A stretch of DNA of 59,618 nt from the NCBI RefSeq assembly GCF_004010195.1, contig NC_057755.1:1849306-1908923 (forward strand), given 5' to 3'. Under the pieces are notes generated by a model, which was given only the letters and a program-made list of their open reading frames with translations, did not search any database and was not told where the DNA came from. This document shows, piece by piece, positions 1-12,630 of this stretch; the stretch's first letter is position 1, and each line of letters opens with the position of its first letter. A program made the translations under genes and the position numbers. Source of the DNA: Chiloscyllium plagiosum (taxonomy: Eukaryota).

Positions 1-365
1 CCAAATGTCGAAGGGGAAAGGAGAGAAGCTTGGTATCGAGGACTTGCCTGATTCAAGGTGCCAGCTATCCATGGCAAAGCTCATGTTGCCTATTTTAATG
101 AATTTACCATCTATTACTGGTCACAAAACCAACAGACAGATCCTTATGCCTCATTTGTCTTTGGTCGATGTAATGGTGATTTCAATTTCGGAAAACTACA
201 TTAAATCAAGCGGAGTATCTCTTAGCTTCTAAATTGGGGCAATTTTCGGAGTTGCATGTTTGTGACAATTAAGGTGATGTGAGGATTTTCAGTCATAAGG
301 AGTTACCTAAAAATAAGAGCAGTCATCTGTACTGGAGTGTTGGTTGTGCATGGGGAAATCTCCAT

Positions 366-1141
366 TTTCATTTATTTATTCAACTGATGCTGGTGTCACT
401 GGCTAATCCAGCAATACTGCCCATTCCTAATTGCCCAGAGGGCAATTAAGAATCACCAGATTGTCATCGCTCTGGAGTCACACGAAGGCCATATCAGGTA
501 AGGATGACACATTAGACCACGAGACCATAAGGCTATAAGACACAAGAGCAGAAGTGAGGCTATTCATTCCGTCAAGTCTGCTCCACTATTCAGTCATAGC
601 TAATAAGTTTCGTAACCCTATTCTCCCGCTTTCTCCTTGTAACCCTTGAAAATCTTGATACGCCAGAACGTATCTATCTCAGTCTTAAATATCTCTTCCT
701 TTTGTGGCAATGAATTCAATAGGTTCTCCATTCTCTGGCTGAAGAATTTTCTCCTTATTTCCGTTCTGAATGATTTTCCCAAGTATGTTCTCTGGTGTCC
801 TAATCTCACATACCAATATGTAAATCTTCCAAACAACCACTCTCCCAGGCCATTCAGAATTCTGCAAGTTTCAATTAGATTGCCCCTCTAATCGTGTATA
901 ACTCAGAATCCTTAAGAATTCTTCATGATTATCTTCTCTAAAGGACATTCGTGAATACGATTGTCATCAAATGTTGGGAAAAAAAACACAACTTCATGGT
1001 TATCAATAATGCAGATTAAAATGCAGATTTTTAATAGAATTCAAATTTCACCATCTGTCCCGGTGCCCTTTGAACCCAAATCCCAACAACATTAACTCAG
1101 TCTGAAAAATAGCAATAAATCCATTAAGGCCATCATCTCCC
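366..1141 (-). mobile_element. tRNA-derived shark SINE (SacSINE1-like), split by a CR1 insertion (pieces about 366-510 and 935-1141)
   Basis: Reverse complement matches the + strand copy at 57085-57410 (gcccattcctaattgcccagagggcaattaagaatcacc; gaattcaaatttcaccatctg; tttgaaccc B-box-like). Family name from recall. Confidence 0.6.
511..905 (-). mobile_element. CR1-type LINE 3' fragment
   Basis: accataagac-type microsatellite tail at 515-541; gagcagaagtgaggctattc 3'UTR; minus-strand ORF fragments resembling the CR1 ORF2 C-terminus (KFFSQRMENLLNSLPQK). Confidence 0.7.
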
Positions 1142-1736
1142 TAATCTTTAGCATTGGCCTGAATTCGAATAATCAACCTCTGATCCCAAGCAATATTCCA
1201 ATACTTGGGTCTCCAGCAACAAGCTATGGTACAATTCTGGTGCTCTATGCAGAAAATGTGGGTTGAACTACGGGGATTTCTCACTCCAGCATGTTCTCTG
1301 AATCTGGGAGGCAGGTCTCCAAGCACTAGTAGAAGGTTGAGGAGAGGAGCTTGGGTGCATGACTCTGGACATCAGGCAGGAGATTTTGCTTCATTCAAGA
1401 TAACATGCCTAATTTCTCAACTGTGGATTTTCAATGACCAATGCTGCACGGATTTAGACTTTATCTGGATGAGAGCTGTGGTATACAATCTTGAACATGT
1501 AGGAGGAGCCCTGACTAAATGTTGAAGTTTTCCTGATTGCGGTAGCAATCTAACCTGTGAAATAACATAGCTCAGAATGTCAGGATGTTCAATCCCACAA
1601 GCTCAGAATTTTATCATTTGATTTTTATCTCTTACCATGGAATGTGTCCATTCCCAGTCATTGTGAAGTGATTCCAAGCCCTGTGCTGTAGCTCAGGTGG
1701 AGTGGATGTCCAATTCTAGAGGTACCTTCGGTCATG

Positions 1737-2341
1737 TGTGATGATGCTGCTCTTTTGTAAAGGTTATGTTTTCCACAGTTATTTTTTTCACGAGGAGTCA
1801 TAAAGGCAGATGTTCCAGTATGTCTGCAAGTACTTACTTCAAACTGCCTTAATACATTTTATTAAACATGCGCACAATGAAAGGGAAGTGGCCAGTTCTC
1901 CCAATTCAGGCTTTTCTTCCTGTTATGGTTTGGTTGGTTTTCACAAACAGTCTGTTAAAAGCTGCAGGTCAAGTTTTAGCGAGGAACTCAAAGAAGCAGT
2001 TCCACTCGGATCCTGTCTCTCTCTGACAGCTCTCCTGTAAGAACTTGTTTTTGTCAAAGTAGTATTTATGGGGATGTGGCAAGTATTTGGAGCAGCATCA
2101 TTTAGTTGCAAATGAGGTGACTGGGTATTCAAATAGGTTACGTTATTCTAAATTGGCTTCTCTTTTGTTCGTGTATCATTCGGTAGTCTGTAAATATGTT
2201 CTTCTTTATTTAAAACTGAGTGTTTGGGCCAGCCGCATCACTCCAGGAGTATCCACTCTACACCTGCAGAAAACGACAAGAAACATAAGGGTCTCTGCAA
2301 CATTCTTAAATGTTTGAGGGCATATGGCCTGATCCATAGTA
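1737..2341 (+). mobile_element. Solo LTR of a Gypsy retrotransposon (same family as the LTR at 10937-11525)
   Basis: Starts TGTGATGATGCTGCTC. Collinear with the reverse complement of 10937-11525 (gggaagtggccag, caaagaagcag.tcca, ctctctgaca.ctctc.tgtaa, ggcct..tccata). No internal coding sequence follows. Confidence 0.75.
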
Positions 2342-2756
2342 TGTGGAAATTCCAAAACCAAATGCAGGAATTTTGCAATCAGTATTTTTGCTTCATGTTT
2401 CAAATTATTTGTTTTCATCACCTAGGGTGGCTTAGTGTGGATATTTTAGTCTTATTGAAAACTAAAGCCTGTCACAGTTAAAAAAAGCTGTTGAGATCAG
2501 CTGCTGCCAACCCCACTAAAACACGGAATAGAAGACATTGTTTCTAGGAGTAACCTTGCTACTTATGTCCTTGTTGATGTCTTTTTAAAGTGCAAATAAT
2601 TAATTTAGAGGAGGTTTGCTACTGTGGTTGAAATTATTTAACCTTATTATAATAGAGAACAAATTGCACTGAACTTCATTCTTGACAATCTGCTCTCAGG
2701 CACAGAGAGTATTTGATCAGTAACTTGATTCTGTTTTTCCTTTCTTTCTCTTAAAG

Positions 2757-3643
2757 TTATTCTCGTGGCAATCGCATTCTTGGCTCGGGCCAAGTGTGGT
2801 ATTTCGACATGCACCACTCGTTATCTGATGGCCATGGCAATGTCAGATTTACTGTTCATTGTTTTTGATATCATACTTCGTCGATTTGCATATTATTATT
2901 ATCCTCCGTGTTTTCTGGACATCACTCCTATTTGTAGTGCTATCTATATGCTGGGCTGCTTCACCATTGATTGTTCTGTTTGGTTTACTGTTGCTTTTTC
3001 TTTTGATCGATTCGTTGCCATTTGTTTTCAACAGATGAAAATTAAGTATTGCACAAAGAAAACTTCAGTGAGGGTTCTAACCACAATATGCATTTTCTTT
3101 GCTTTAAAGAACGTTCCCAACTACTTTCGATATTTCCCTGGAAAACTCCGAAACAATGTTCCATGGTACTGTTATACCAGATCCAGTTATTATTATGGCC
3201 GTGGATGGGCAAGTTTCAAATATTTTGAAAACTTTTTAACACCATTTCTCCCGTTCACTTTTATTCTCTTTATCAATGTTCTGACTGTCACACATATCTT
3301 TGAGGCCATTACGTTGCGTAAAGGACTGAAGGGTCATAGAAAAATAGACAATGATCCAGAGATAGAGAGCAGAAAGAAATCTGTAATTTTACTCTTTGCC
3401 ATATCCGCCAGCTTCTTACTTCTCTGGATAATGTATATTTTGTATGTCTTTCAAGTTGCTTATCATTTGGATTATGTTCCATTTGGTCTTTTTGTACTAA
3501 TTGCATATATGCTGCGGAACTTCAGTTGCTGCACAAATGTATTTATTTATATGGTGACACAGAATAGCTTTAGAGAGTATTTCAAGTATGTCATTAAATA
3601 CCCAGTTATAAACCTAATTCAATTGATGAATAAATCCAAGTAA
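2757..3643 (+). CDS. Class A GPCR, shark GPR139/GPR142-like family, coding exon 2 (TM1 C-half to C-terminus); exon 1 not found in window
   Basis: Polypyrimidine tract plus AG acceptor at 2755-2756, phase 1, same junction as the paralog. Intact ORF with KCGISTCTTRYLMAMAMSDL, SFDRFVAIC, ECL2 PWYC, TPFLPF, DPEIESRKKS and CCTNVFIY; stop TAA at 3641-3643. Confidence 0.92.
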
Positions 3644-4102
3644 CTGAGAGAGAAGATTAGCTGCAGCAGATTATACAACAAGGAGACCATGTGAGAAATG
3701 GATGGAATGGAGAAGGAAGAGTAACGTCATTATAACTTTCCTTCTCTAATGGGCAGATAATGACTCCATCTGAGAAGCAAAGCAAAAGAGACTGCTGGAG
3801 CCAGGCAGTGCAATGTGATGTTAGCAATGAGTAACAGTTCATACAAAGCTAAATGACACAAGCAAAACTGGAAGGGTAATCAGATGTGCACAAAAAAAAA
3901 GAAACAAGAAGAAAGACTGTTATCTGAGACAATCTGATCTCAGTGAGTGAAACAGACATTTAAAAATGGCCAGGAGGAAATTATCAATCTTCACTGGGGG
4001 CCAGAAGTGAAAAAAGCAATGACTACGTTCACTCCAATCATCCTCATGGAATACTCTATTGTGTACATCTGGATAAAAGTCTTAGAAGTTAATATTATGA
4101 GG

Positions 4103-4108
4103 AATAAA
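4103..4108 (+). promoter_or_regulatory. Candidate polyadenylation signal for the + strand GPCR
   Basis: AATAAA about 460 bp downstream of the stop codon. Confidence 0.35.
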
Positions 4109-6067
4109 TAATGTTCTGCATAAACTGTAAAAAGATTGCATCCTTTTGTTAAAAATGTATTTTCATCAATAACTCACTTTGTCCGATTACATTCAATCTG
4201 CCCTGCCCTGAAGGCTGATCACTCTCCCTTTCTTTATTCATCCCTTTCCACAAACTTTCTTCCTCCAATACAAATAAGTTGTTGTGGTATTCCAAAGCCA
4301 ACTAGAGGATGGCAGATGCGAAGCAAAGCTTGGAAATGGAGTCGGATGTGGCAAATGAGTCAACATCTGCAGTGTCTCCAGGAAAATGTTTTGTGGATTT
4401 CACTGACTCCATCGATCTCAGTGGAAAATGACTCTTAATGAACACGGTTTGCTTGTGGCTTCATAATGAAGAGCGAGATCAATTAAAAAGGATAAACCCA
4501 CAATCACCAAGCATTATTGTTTCCATCTGTTAAAAACAGCCCAGACATCCATCTGTGCCTCGATGTTATGATTCGAGAAACAGTCATTCATTCTATTATT
4601 ACCTCTGCACCCTTGTATTCCAGTGCGAAAGCAATCTGAAGCTAGATTATAAACTCCATACATTTACTTATCTAAATGTCCTCTGCTTTCCTGGATTGCT
4701 TTCCAAACAAATCCTATTTCCAGTTCAACCATTGAACGTAGTGAACTACAGAAGCCGTGGTATGCTCCAAATTCTCGATTTTAAATTCTCATCTGTCTAT
4801 TTAAAAATGTTCCAATGTCGTGCATTGATTATGTTGGTGTCTTGGACTCGTGTAAATCCTGCTGTAAAATCTCTATGAAATCGTGAGATGCTGTTCTGTG
4901 ATGTAAATGGAAAACCTAGTGTGATGGTGAAATGAATTAAAGGTTTCATAGAATTAAGCGAAATGAAATGGCAGGTAAGAATGCCAAGAACAACAGTACC
5001 TGCAATCTTGTGTTCCTGAGCTGCCCTCAGGTTCTGGACTGCCTCTCTAAGTTCTTATGATTAGCCAGAGCCTTCTCCTGTTGTCGGTGCTTCTTCATAT
5101 CTACCTTTTCAAATAATTATTGATCACCTGATCTAATATCACTTTGGTCGGTCAACATTAACTCCACTTAATTTGTCATGACAAAAATCATTTTCAAGTA
5201 CGTTTACAGGGTCATAGAATTGTACAGCACAGAAATACCAACCAGGTATTCTAAATTAATCTAACTCAATTTTCCAGCAGTTGGCCGATAACCCTATCTA
5301 CCTTCCTAACCATGTGCCCATCCAGATGCCTTTTCAATGTTGTAATTATACCCAGCTTCTTCAACGTCCTCTGATAGTTAATTCCATACACACTGCACCG
5401 ACTGTTTGAAAAAAACTCCTTAGATCTCTTTTAAATCTTTCCTATCTCACCTTAATCCTATGCCGCCCACTTTTGGACTCCCGCACCTTGAGAAAACAAC
5501 CATCACTATTCACCATATCCGCATCCCTCATGATTTCCAAAACCTCTCTAAGGTCATCCATCAGCCGCTGACGCCCAAGGAAAATATCCCCAGCCTATTC
5601 ACTCTCTCAGGATAGCTTAAACCCTCTCAGCCTAGCAATATCCTTGTCAATCTTTTCTGAACCCTTTCAAGATTCACAACATCCATCCTATAGCAGGGAG
5701 ATGAGAACTGAACGCAGTGTTCCAAATGTGGCATCACTCATGTCCTGTGCAGCCACAACATATCCTCCCAACTCCTGTACTCAATGCACTCACCAACAAA
5801 GGAAAGCATGCCAAACGCTTTCTTCACAATCCTGTCTCCCTGTGAATCCACTTTCAAGGAGCTTCAAGGTATCTTTGTTCGGCAACACTTCCCCGGAAAT
5901 GAATATTCAGTGGATGAGTCCTTGTCTGATTTGCCTTTTCAAAATGTAGCGCATCACATTTATCTAAAATAAACTCGATCCACTACACTTTGGCCCATCT
6001 GATCAAGGTCCTATTGTACTCTGACGTAACATTTTAACTGTCCACTGCACTACCTATTCTGTTGACA

Positions 6068-6585
6068 AATGATTTTGATTTGATTGTCGCGTGTGTATTT
6101 TTTAAAGAAAACAATAAAACGCATGAAAAGCTTTCATTTGTTTCCACGATTTGGCACCATTTTCAAAAATTTAAGGAAAAGAAAAGATGTAGCTTGAAGG
6201 GCGTCCATCATTCCTGAACCAGCTCATCATCATCAATGATGCCGGCACCGCCATCCCTCCGCATTGCACTGTCACCATCTATATCCGACCCAAACAACAT
6301 CGAGGTCGCCAAACTACAGGTTCCATTCTTGCCACAGGATCTATCCCGAAGACATTCCCTCTGTCTTTGTGGCAGCCACTGATTTCAGGTCTCAAACTTG
6401 CTCCACACACAGTTCCCGTTCGAGGTCTGCACTCAGTGCTTCTCTAAAACTGAAGGCTGAAGACCAACACTGTCTAAGCTCAAGACAATGTAACTAAAAG
6501 AGAGACAGTTAAACAGAATAACAAACGCGGTCAGAGCAGGCAAGCTCCAGCACAGTTGCCCTATACTGCCGCCACCTTGGACTGA
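6068..6585 (-). mobile_element. About 520-bp non-autonomous retroelement inserted into the CR1 RT region
   Basis: CR1 homology breaks at about 6067 and resumes at about 6586 (gcaaactta). On the minus strand it starts ccaaggtggcggc and ends in an aatcaaatcaaaatc-like tail. Confidence 0.5.
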
Positions 6586-7418
6586 AGCAAACTTACAGCA
6601 CACATACTAAACGCACCTCCCACATTCACATCTTAATCAAATACAAATGACAAAATGCATTGGACTCAGCACCGAACCCAGTAGCACACCCTTTGTCCCA
6701 GGCCTTCAGTCCAAAAAAGAAACCTCCACCACCACCCTCTGTCTCGTGCCATAAAGCCAATTCTGTATCTAAGTGGCAACCTCACCTTGAATCCCATCGA
6801 TCCAGCTTTGCTTTGTAGTCTACCATGCGGAACCTTATCAAAGGTTGTACTGGTGTCCAAGTAAACAACATCTACCACTCTGCCCTCATCAGTTGTTTTG
6901 ATTACTTCACTGAAAAAAAATTAAATTTGTGGGACCTGATTTTCTTTGCACAAAATCACGCGGACAATCCTGACTGAATCGTTGTCTCTCTAAATACCCG
7001 TAAATCCTATTTTTCAGAATCAACTGCAACAACTTATCTAACACTGAAATCATAGGTCAACAGTTTCCCGACTTCTCCTCACAGTCTTTCTTAAACAATG
7101 GCACAACATTAACCACTCTCCAGTCCTTTGATAATTCATCCTTGTTTACATGAGATACAAATATTTCTGCACAGGGACAAAGCCCTGGGATACACTTGAT
7201 CAAATCCTGGAGATCTATCTACGTTTATGCTTTTTGCGACATCCGACACTTCCTCTTCAGTAATGTGAACTGGTTTCAGAACAATAATATTCATTTCTAT
7301 GAGTTCTCTAGCCTCCATTTCTTTCTGCAGAAAACTATTTGTGAAATATATAATTAATATCTCTCCCATCTCCTAAGGTTCAAAACAAAGTTAGACTTGT
7401 TGATCTTTAAGGAACGGT

Positions 7419-7505
7419 GCTCTCTCTCTCTCTTTCTCTTTCTCTCTCTCTTTCTCTCTCACTCTTACTCTCTCTTTCTCTCTCCTTTTCTCTCTCTCTC
7501 TCTCG
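7419..7505. repeat. Imperfect (CT)n microsatellite
   Basis: Direct inspection. Confidence 0.95.
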
Positions 7506-9659
7506 TTTTCGTTTCTCACTTGCTCTTATTGGATTGGTAGAATCTTTTTGGACTAACTTTAACATGATCTATCAGGCCATCTCATATCTCCTCAGCCTTC
7601 CTGATTTCCTTCCGAAGAATGGCCTCCACATTTACTACTCTTCAAGAGAGTCAGTTGATCCTTGTTGTCTAGGACATGATTCTTTTGCATTCTTGAATAG
7701 GAATTCAATATCTTTATTCATCCATTGTTCCCTAATCTTACCAGCCTTGCTTTTCACTCTAACAGGAACGTACTGTTTCTGAACTCTCGACATCACACTA
7801 TTAAACTTCTCCCACTTTTCCATCGTCCTTTTTAGCTGCGACCAGTCTACTCCAATCAACTTATGGGAATGATTGTTTCATCCCATAAAATTTGCCTTAA
7901 CCCAATGAAGAAATTTAATTTTTATGGAAGACTTCGCTTTTCCATAACGAGTTCAAAACTAGTGGTATTATGAGCACCAGTCTCTAAAGTGTTCTACTAT
8001 TAGCATTTCAGTCACTTACTCTACCTTATTTCCCAGAGCATTTCAAGCTTTGCTTCTTCGCTAGTAGGAACATTTATATATTGATAAAGGAGGTTTTCTT
8101 TAACACGTTTTACAAAGTCTTCACCGTCCAGACCTTTAAAGCTATGACAGTCCCAATGACCGCTTGGAAAATTAAAATCTCTTAGTTTTGCAACCTTATT
8201 ATTCTTACATATAGTTGAGATCTGTCAACATACTTGCTACAAATTCCCTCTGCCTATTGAGGGTCATATCGTATAATTTCATAAAGGTGACAATCCCTTT
8301 CTTATTTATACTTTCAACCCAGTTTGTTTCACTAAATGGTCCCCTAAATATCTTTTCTAACGGCCTTCCTTAGTCAAAAATGCCAATTCATTTCTTCTCT
8401 TGCCTTTTTCGGACCTTCCCATAACATCTAAAATCCGCAACATTGAGCTGCCTGTCTTGTCCATTCCACTGCCAAGATTCTGTAAAAGCTATGACATCCC
8501 AATCACACGTTCCCATGGATGCCCTGAGATCATCCACTTTACTTGTAGGACCTCTTACATGGAAATAAATGAAGTTTTATTCTTCAGAATTATTTAGTTC
8601 TCCGACTTGGTACTATCTGTCTTTTCTAAATAACTCGCTGTTTTCTGATTCAGTAACATCCTCATCTTTCTTTTTTTTTTAACTGTTAGTTAGGAAGCCC
8701 CCGTATCCCCTCTCTAAAAGATTTCAGGCTTCTGAAACATAACGAGCAAAACTGACTGACAGAATATTTCACCCTTTTCAGTTCAGGTGAAACCCATCCT
8801 TTTCTGTCCCAGAAGAGGTCCTAAAGATCCAAGAAACTGCATCTCTGTACATTGCAGCACCTCCTCAGCTGTTGATTTCTCTTTCCTATCATACCCTCAT
8901 TCAAGCTGAGACTTCCAAATAAACCTATCGGTTTATAACCTGGTGTTGTGTGAATTCTAACATCATTATCACTTCACAACGGAACTAATCTAACAATTAC
9001 TACCTTGCTTGTTTTGTTTTTGGACCTACTATCTAACGTCTTATACTCACTCTGCAAAATCTTAACCCGTTTACTGACTATGTCATTTCTTCCAATGTGT
9101 ATAACAACGTCCAGCTTCTCATTCTCCCAGATGATAATGCGTTTCAAATGTTTTGAGATGTCCTTCACAGTTGCATCATTAAACCATAATACTATCCTCG
9201 ATGCATACTGCTTGCCACAGCATCTGTTATCTACGCATCTGATAGGAAAGTTCCCCAGAACGATTATTCATTTAAATTTTGACAAATGCTTTAATTTCCA
9301 AGATGGTGCTACCACGTCCATTCTCATCTGAGAGACTATCTCTTTCAACAGTACTCAAAATGGAGCATCTTTAATAGTCGCAGGAGACTTCTGAACCACA
9401 TTCTTAAATTTCCTTCCAATCGATTATCTATATGACTGATCCTGCTGTGCAAATTTCTCGATATCTGCTAGTCATTACACTCAGTGTCTTCTGTATGCCC
9501 TCAGTGACATTAAGCCTAAAACGATGAAGCTCCGAAAAGCAACTTACATACAAAACTAAACTATCTCACCTTACCTACAGATTTAACATAAAGCATGCAA
9601 AAATAAGAAAAAAAAACGTATGAAGAAATAAAATACTTCACCAAACAAATGAACCCGTA

Positions 9660-9945
9660 CGGGTGGCACAGTGGCTAGCACTACTGCCTCACAGAGCCAA
9701 AGGCCCAGTTTCGATTTCAGCTTTGGGCGACTGTCTGTGTGGAGTTTGCACATTCTGCATGGGGTTCCTCCGGATGCTCTGGTTTCTTGAATTGTCCATA
9801 GTGTTTGGGGATGTGTAGGTTAGGTGCATTAGTCAGTGGCAAATATAAGGTAGGGGAATGGGTCTGCGCAGGTTATTTTTTGGAAGGTCAGTGTGGCCGT
9901 GCTGGGCCGAAGTGTGGACTTACTGTTTCCATCTTATAGGGACTC
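9660..9945 (+). mobile_element. HE1-type tRNA-derived SINE, diverged
   Basis: gggtggcacagtggctagcactactgcctcacag head with A box; ctgtctgtgtggagtttgcacattct core; gggccgaag...ctgtttcca CR1-like tail; homologous to 33724-34040. Confidence 0.9.
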
Positions 9946-10029
9946 TACTCTGTTCAAATACTCCAACATTCAACTTTCAGTATCGGAATTAAACAAACCT
10001 ATCTCCAGAGCTGTCAACGTGTGAATTTC

Positions 10030-10490
10030 TCGCCACCACATTTTAGGAAGGATGCGGAAGCTTTGGAAAGTGTTCAGAGGAGATTTATCAGAATGTTGCC
10101 TAATATGGAGTGAAGGTCGTCGAAGGAGAGACTGAGGGACTTGAGATTGCTTTCATTAGAGAGTAGAAGGTTGAGAGGTGACTTAATTAAGAACATATAA
10201 GACAGTCAGAGGGTTATATAGGATGGACACTGAGAGCCTGTTTTCTTTGGATCATGATGTCTACCATGAGGGGACATAGCTTTAATTTGAGGGGTGATAG
10301 ATATACAACAGATATCAGAGGTAGTTTCTTACTCAGACAGTAGTAGGGCCGTGGAACACAATGCCTGCAACAGTAGTAGACTTGCCAAGCATGCAGGTTA
10401 GACGGTCTTTGGTTTGGTTTCACAGGGCAGCGCAACGTCGAGTGCCAAAGGGCTTGTACTGCGCTGTTATGTTCTGTGTTCTATGTGTAT
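10030..10490 (+). mobile_element. CR1/HER1 LINE 3' fragment
   Basis: ttaggaaggatgcggaagctttggaaagtgttcagaggagatttatcagaatgttgcct; ttgagaggtgacttaat; ttcttactcagacagtagtagggccgtggaac; ttctgtgttctatg tail. Confidence 0.88.
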
Positions 10491-10539
10491 GCCTCTCCAC
10501 AGGCTCCATATAGAAACAGTCTCTCTTTGTTCACATATT

Positions 10540-10735
10540 TTCTAATATAATATTTCTTCTATCAAAACTTACCAAGCGCTTTTGTCAGGCGCACAAAGAA
10601 ATCCCTTGCTTTTCATTATCTGTTTTTTTTTAAATAATGGACCCACATCAGCCAGCCTACAGTCTTCTGGCACGTCACCCGTGGTTGATTATGATACCGG
10701 GGCGGTCCCAGCTATCTCTTCCTTGACTTCCTCAA
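10540..10735 (-). mobile_element. CR1 ORF2 internal fragment
   Basis: taaataatggacccacatcagccagcctacagtcttctggcac resembles the CR1 segment at about 7085-7130 (VPEDWRxAxVxPLFKK-like). Confidence 0.6.
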
Positions 10736-10936
10736 AGTCTAACATTTTTGAACATCAGATAACCATTTTATGCTAGACTGTATAATGTAAAGTCCACAAA
10801 GAGCACGCCGTCCCATCCACTACCATTCTACATCATGAAGACGGTGGACAATGTTGTATGGGATAGTCTGGACAAACCACGAATCCTGGAGAATACTCTG
10901 AAAATAATAGAACTACCGGAAGTAATGCCCCAATCA

Positions 10937-12630
10937 CTTTATGGACTAGGCCAGAACCCCTCAAAGTATTTCAAGAAAGTAGCCTTGACCCTAACTTTGC
11001 TAGTTTTAATTGGGTGTGCAGTGGATATTCGGTGTGATGCAGCTTTCCAATCATTTAGTCTTAAGAAAACAGAATTTATTTGCAAGTTTACCGAATGAAA
11101 CACAAACAATAGAGAACAGAATGTAGAATAACTTAACATATCCGAAAACTTAGCAAATTATCCCAACCTTATGATACTGTTTTAAAGAATTCCAACAATC
11201 CCCATAAACATCACTTTGCAAAAAAAGGAAAAATCCAACGCAGGTTATTACATGAGAGATGTCAGAGAGATGGAGCGTCAGGATGGACCTGCTTCTTTGG
11301 GTTCATCAGCTTCTCCAATGACTGCTTGCTTAAACCAAAACAAACCAGAGGAAGCTGAGCTCGTAAACCTGGCCACGCCCCTTACGTTGGACAAATGTTT
11401 TTCTTAACTTAAAATCTTCTTCAAGTAAATCAACCCCAGCCATTTCTGAACCTATGCGTTTACGACCTCCTGAACAAATATAAACCAGGACACCAAAACG
11501 TTATTAAAGGAGCAGCAGCACCGCACTCCCCCACTATAAGAAATGAAGCATCACTATCCAATGTCTTCATTTTAAAACTCCATAATCTTACATTGATAAT
11601 ACACTACAAAACTCATATACATTTCATTGGTAATACTCAAGCAAACACGTACAATGTTTCAGTCTGTTTTGCTTCCACCAGCGAATGCCTCTGTTTTTCA
11701 TTAAGTCTCAACAATGCTTCAGCAATTACGTTTCCTCGTCCTGCCACATGCACAATTTACAAACTGAATGGTAGTAACAACAAGCTCCATCTAAACAGGC
11801 TGGAGTTTTTGTCATTAAATTTCTCCCCAAAATTCAATGGCTCATGATCTGTGTATATGATTGTCTCAGATATTGAACAACTGCAATACTAACTCCAAGC
11901 TCAAACTCTGCTTCTCAATTGTTGAGTATTTTCACTGATGAATGTCTTGTTTCCTGTAGAACTATGCGAGACGCATTTCTATGTTCTCATTGTCTTCTTG
12001 AATAAACACAGCACCGACACTTACATTACTTGCATACATAGCCACCTTGAATTGGTTGAATAATTAGGCAGCACTAACACTGGAGCAGTGGTTAACAAAA
12101 TCTTCAAGCTGTTAAATGCCTTGTTACAGTCCGTTGCCCACTGAAGTTTCTTGCCGTTCTTTAGCAGTCTACTGAGTGGAGCAGCGGCACTACTTAAATT
12201 TGTACAAACCTCCATTAAAACACACTCAATCCCAGGAATCACAGTATTCCCCTTTTTGTCAATGATGTGGGAAATTCCCTAGTTATTTTGTTTTTGCATC
12301 CCCCGAGGCCATTTGTCCATGTCCACGAACATGGCCCAAGAAGGTGATTTGGGCTTTTGAAAATTCATTTTCAGCCACGTTTATCATTAAGCCTGCATTC
12401 TGAATTCGATGGAATAATTCTGATGAATGGTGCAATATTCCTTCCATGTGTGACTAAAAATCACCAGGTCATCAGTACATACTACACGATCGGTTAATCT
12501 GGAAAATACCTTATTGATAGGTCACGGAAATGCGGCCTGCGCACTTTTCACACGAAATGGCATGACTTTAAACTGATACATTCCATACCGATTTACGAAA
12601 AACGAATTTTCCTCACTCTTTTTGACAAGG
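10937..12630 (-). mobile_element. 5'-truncated Gypsy (Gmr1-like) LTR retrotransposon: RT-RNase H remnant, PPT and 3' LTR (10937-11525)
   Basis: Minus-strand translation gives YQFKVMPF, CTDDLVIFSHTW, ITFLGHV, AAPLSRLLK, KILLTTAPVLVLP, KYSTIEK, YTDHEPL, FRWSLLL and HVAGRGNVIAEAL. Polypurine tract agtgggggag lies immediately before the LTR start TG at about 11525. Confidence 0.88.

Larger units (their letters stand above)
5205..9500 (-). mobile_element. Near full-length decayed CR1/HER1 LINE (ORF1 SGNH-esterase remnant, ORF2 endonuclease-RT), with internal insertions
   Basis: 3' tail at about 5205 (gtcatagaattgtacagcacagaaa). Minus-strand fragments VDVVYLDTSTTFDKVPHGRL (RT), INVDRSPGFDQVYPRAL, QYVPVRVKSKAGKIREQWMNKDI, and VVIHIGRNDI (ORF1 SGNH-like). 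Confidence 0.88.

Noticed and set aside
1..2756. Exon 1 of the + strand GPCR
   Set aside because: No YY...IGxP-G|GT exon found. The caggtaag at about 495 lies inside a SINE. Exon 1 is probably upstream of the window.
2757..3643. Assigning the symbol GPR139 or GPR142 to either receptor
   Set aside because: They resemble the family but are divergent paralogs; orthology cannot be established without a phylogeny.
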